This document shows, piece after piece, positions 60,176 to 64,000 of a DNA stretch of 64,000 nucleotides. Each line of letters starts with the position of its first letter. Within the stretch, counting starts at the first letter, position 1. The DNA lies in the NCBI GenBank assembly GCA_002189035.1, contig NEEC01000027.1:434001-498000 (forward strand), given 5' to 3'. The translations under genes and the position numbers were made by a program. Below the pieces are notes generated by a model. The model was not told the DNA's origin and did not search any database. It was given only the letters and a program-made list of their open reading frames with translations. The DNA is from Utricularia gibba (lineage: Eukaryota > Plantae > Magnoliophyta).

Positions 60176-63100
60176 TCAAGACTCTGCTTGTCTTCCACCG
60201 GAAGGTCCAAACCTTACCATAAGATTATTCAATGTCTTGGAAACCAGCAGGAGACGAGAATCATCTTCTGGTATCTCCCTTTCCTGAAAAGGGTTATCAA
60301 ACCATGAGGAAGAAATTGTGCAGACGCGGAGCTGAAGTTTCAGGAGAAACAAAAACAAACAATACACGTAAAAAGGGCCTCCCTCACCTTCAACCCATTG
60401 TGATAAGCCTGGACGGCGGGGAGTGATGGCGTGAACCGGCGCTTTTGCATCATGTCCCATATCAAGTTGGCGACGGTGTACCCACCAGCCTAGTAATGAG
60501 TGCTATGAATCAGCGCTCACATGGAAAAAAATGACCGTAGTGTTTGCAGAACAACGATAGAGATACTTTCTACCTTTTCACCAGAAGCGACGAGGAGGAG
60601 TTCGCTCCCCTGTTTGGAACTCAAAAAGAAGCCTCTACTATTCAACATTACCTGGATGTTCAATGAGATCAACCATAAACCATCTTTGAATGAACGAGAT
60701 CCCACTCAAATGGCATCAGTAACATATGGAGGATTAAGAACTAATGGCAAGGGACAGGAGAGATACCAGAGTGTCGTAGGCAAGTTGCATGCCCTTAGGT
60801 GTGTACCCCACCATCGCTCCTTCAGCAAGCGTCTGTGAATAATTAGTAGTGGCATTAATAAAAACAAGTTTTTAAAAAGCTGACAGAAAGGACAAATAAC
60901 TGCACTAAGGGAAATTAAGCATCAACGATGTGTCTAGCAAGAATTATTCACAAAATTCTTTTCACAAGTGGAAAAAAGGACACCAAAATTCTCATGTTTG
61001 CGCATGAATAGTTGACTTATATTATGTTCCCAAACTTACAAAATATAGTTCCACCATGGGTTGCTTCCTTGAGTTCATGTAGTCATCAAATATTTTATGG
61101 CCTTTGTCGATGTCCCCAGAATGCAGATAACACCTGCACTACAGTATCAATTGTAAAGGAGATTGATTTAAAATAAACATGGTACAACATTACTTTCCAC
61201 CGAAATGAAGATTACCTCATAATTTGCAGCAATATGAATACATCAGGTGTTTTTCCATCCTTCTCAAGCATTTCCATTAGTTTTTCAGTAGCCTTCCAAA
61301 ACATTATAAAAGGGAACTTTTGAAAACTATGTAGACAGCTCACCGTGCAAATTGCAAGTCAAATAAAAGACAATCAACAGGTGTTACTAGGCATGCCATT
61401 AGACAAGAATCAGAGTCTTCGAAAAATAATTGAAAAGGCATGAAGGGTATAAGATTAACTCAACTGAGATTTTACTACACACCTGAACATCCTTGAGATC
61501 GGCAAGGGCATGAAATGCAACATGGTATATCGTCAATGATCTAACAATGAAGCCACCACGGCGATGGACATATTCACCTGTTGGAAGGTTATATAATTCT
61601 TCTTCGGAAACACCCATGGTATCATACGCTGGATTTTCTTTTGTTTCATCAACTGAGGACCATCCCTTGGACTGCTCCACCAGCTCAATAATCTTGCAAG
61701 AAGAAAATTTTAAGGCTTTTTAATCAGCAGCGAAAAATGACAGAAGTAATGTTTCATGCGTACTTTGGAAGATATCTCATCTGTAGGAGTTGACTTATTC
61801 ATGTGCGCAGTTATGAGACCAGCATAGCAAAATTTGTTCAGACCAAGACCAGCTGCAGTCATATCTCTGACAATGGCATTTCTGCAACATCAAAATAAGA
61901 CATTGTGCTTACTGTGATGGTGAAGACCACGAATAGAGCATTTCAAGGTGCAGTCACTATTTTTGTAGAAGCAGCCACAGATACATATTAAATCATATTC
62001 ATGATCACATTTTCCAAGAAGAAAGTCATAGTCACTATAAGGAGGTGTATACGTAATTTGTTTGAGCTTACACTCGATCTAATCTTCCATTTGCAGCACA
62101 TGCATTAAGTAGACAGATGTAAGTTTGGCTAGTAGGTTTGACTTCAGATTTCTTCATTTCCTCCAGAAGCTTCAGTTCAGCGAAAGAAACAAATGGTCTC
62201 AAAAAAAAAAGGGGGGGGGGGGGGGGTCATACAAAAAAAAAAAAAGGTTTAGTTATATCTATCTTGAAGGATTTAGAGTCTTTTTGATGTAACTCCATCT
62301 TCAATAAAATTACTTCTAGAAGTGATTCTTGAATAAAACACATGTTGCTTCTATTCCATATAAAACTAAAACAATAAAGTGCTTCAATTTTTTAAGAAGC
62401 TGAAGGATCCCTACTCCAATAAAAACTGAAATGTTTTTTATATATAAAAATTCACTTTTTTTAAAATTATTTTTTGAAGCTATACCAAAGAGATCCTTAA
62501 ACTCAGAAGTAAAATATATTCAATACCCAAATGGCTTGCTCAGAATTCTTGCACTTCCCACATGTAGATATCAAGTAGTTGTACAACGCAACCTGATGAT
62601 AATAAACAGAGACAGTGATGATTTCTTCACAGTAAAAACAAAGATAGTCCAGATTTCCTAATTGTAGTCTGAAAACTAAAAGGGCAATGCAAATAATGAT
62701 TGACTTGAATATCACCCGGGAACTATAAAATGATCCCAAATTATCAAAAGGCAGGTGAGGCAACAACGTACATCAGGAACCGCACCCATGGATCTCATTT
62801 CATCGCGAAAAAAGAACGCATCTTGCATTCGACTCCCCTCATCGTCCCCAGAATAAGTGCGTGAAATGTATCCCTATCTGGCTTCACTCCATCAAGCATC
62901 ATATCATCATACACGTCTCTCAATAAATAATGCCTAAAGAAAATTTAGACTCGGCTCACTCAAAAACAATGAAAAACTTGAGATGTCTAAAAGCATCTTC
63001 TCATCAAATTAAAGGGCACGCGAACCTTCTTTGAGATGTAATTGAGCTGATAACAGTGTTGTATTCAGCCTCATTGTTGGCATAATTCCTCTTCAAATAT

Positions 63101-63285
63101 TCCTCTGAGTGAGCACTGAAATTCATGTGCTGCATTGCTCGGTAATGAGCTCGGCGACTCGCCAATTCTACAAACAAAAAAAAAGCACGAACCTAGAAAA
63201 AATGGCCCTCGCAATCACATAGTACATACACATTATTTTCATTGGCTCAGCAAGAAGTACCAGCGAATTTACGAATAAGCTTCAT
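60176..63285 (-). CDS. Intron-rich mitochondrial P-type pentatricopeptide repeat protein (recalled as At4g35850-like); one frameshift in exon 3
   Basis: Exons 63285-63261 (MKLIRKFA), 63167-63026 (EEYLKRNYANNEAEYNTVI) and 62933-62772 (HYLLRDVYDDMMLDGVKPDRDTFHALILGTM..RMQDAFFFRDEM). Later exons VALYNYLISTCGKCK, TYICLLNACAANGRLD, RDMTAAGLGLNKFCYAGLI, GVSEEELYNLPT, CYLHSGDID, AGGYTVANLIWDMMQ and EREIPEDDSRL. Confidence 0.93.
62201..62245. repeat. Adjacent A10, G16 and A13 homopolymer runs inside a PPR intron
   Basis: A 62201-62210, G 62211-62226 and A 62233-62245, read directly. Confidence 0.9.
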
Positions 63286-63926
63286 AGTCGCGTCTTTCCT
63301 CAGAAAAAAACCTCAAGAGGACTCCTTGATCAGCCCCCTCGGGCGAGCTGGAGCAGGACGATGCACCGGCGCGTGAGGAAAGCACGTATACCGCCACAGG
63401 GTTTTTATACCTTGCAATTGGGCTCCTATATCCCAAATTCTCTTCCCCAGTCCCCGAGCTGGGCTCGGGTCCAACCCGGTCGACCCGAGCAGACTTGATA
63501 GTAATAATATTGAATAAACCAGAGTGGCAACAAATTGAAATAAATGTTTAAATTTGGAAAATAATTTTGGATTTCGAATTTGACTAAAAAACGAAATTTA
63601 ATTTGAAAAATATTTCATTTATAAAAAATATATATGAAGAATTTCATTGAAATTTCGTCGAAATTTAAAAATTTAATGTGAATCTATTCCTGCGAGCGAG
63701 ACACAGACGGCTTGAGTCCTCTGAATTTGTAGATGAAGGCGTTGCTCCTGCTCCGTACAATCCTCCAGTTCGTCTTTTCCTTTTGGACCTCCTCTTCCTC
63801 GTTGTCAGTTGGATTGTAAACTGGGGTTGCTTGGTTGCAGGTCCTACCCGCTCCTCCAATCCGATTGAGTCGCCTCAGCTTCTCCTCTTTTAGCGATTCC
63901 TGAATTTCCCCGACCCAGGATCTGTA

Positions 63927-64000
63927 ATGGAACCTGAAGCTTCACCCCCTCCCAGCGGAAGGACCCTCGCCGGCTATGCCGCCCACCAGTCTTCGTGTTC
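63927..64000 (+). CDS. Possible start of the next gene (MEPEASPPPSGRTLAGYAAHQSSC...), truncated by the window end; unidentified
   Basis: ATG in gtaATGG context after a pyrimidine-rich leader with a likely 5' UTR intron acceptor (gttgcag, about 63840). The frame is open to the window end, but it is too short to name. Confidence 0.4.
   Translation, partial: MEPEASPPPSGRTLAGYAAHQSSC

Noticed and set aside
50580-63285. Run of organelle-targeted genes (PSA3, mS38 chimera, DEG1, PHB3, PPR) suggesting a functional cluster
   Set aside because: Mixed chloroplast and mitochondrial functions with no shared pathway; expected by chance in a gene-dense plant region.
63464-63489. 8-bp inverted repeat CTCGGGTC...GACCCGAG in the PPR/next-gene divergent region, suggesting a MITE end
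   Set aside because: Too short, no target-site duplication or partner terminus seen, and such GC motifs are common in plant core promoters.
1-64000. tRNA, rRNA, snRNA, transposon, CRISPR or organelle-insertion sequences
   Set aside because: None recognised. GTTCGA-like strings at about 19946 and 58665 lack tRNA cloverleaf context, and no transposase/RT ORFs or LTR/TIR pairs were seen.

Overview
Eukaryotic (eudicot plant) nuclear DNA from a very gene-dense genome. It holds about 23 intron-containing or single-exon protein genes in 64 kb, many introns of only 59-100 nt, gaps of 150-500 bp between many neighbouring CDSs, and no recognisable transposon, rRNA, tRNA or CRISPR feature. This architecture suggests a miniature genome such as Lentibulariaceae (Utricularia/Genlisea); that is an inference only. 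Gene order: HSP70 (partial), C2/ERG protein, alpha-expansin, PP2A B'' subunit, AHL, PRP3/RDM16, GIF1/AN3, PEN-2, prolyl 4-hydroxylase, LTO1, DUF1990 protein, CHX28-like, IST1-like, GRIP golgin, PcnB/CCA-type nucleotidyltransferase, EH-domain protein, MLO, PSA3, a chimeric gene, DEG1, WDR82/APRF1-like, oleosin, PHB3, a mitochondrial PPR gene and the start of one more ORF. Best finding: 52125-52870 (+) is a chimeric gene. Its first three exons are an inverted, diverged copy of exons 1-3 of the PPR gene about 10 kb downstream (63285-62772, -), with the same exon 1 and 2 lengths and intron phases. They are fused to a C-terminus carrying the mitoribosomal mS38 (COX24/AURKAIP1, DUF1713) signature DSVKKKRKRKMNKHKLRK. 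Second theme: at least nine reading-frame breaks in seven genes are each repaired by adding one base to a short homopolymer (mostly G/C), which points to systematic consensus errors rather than pseudogenes.
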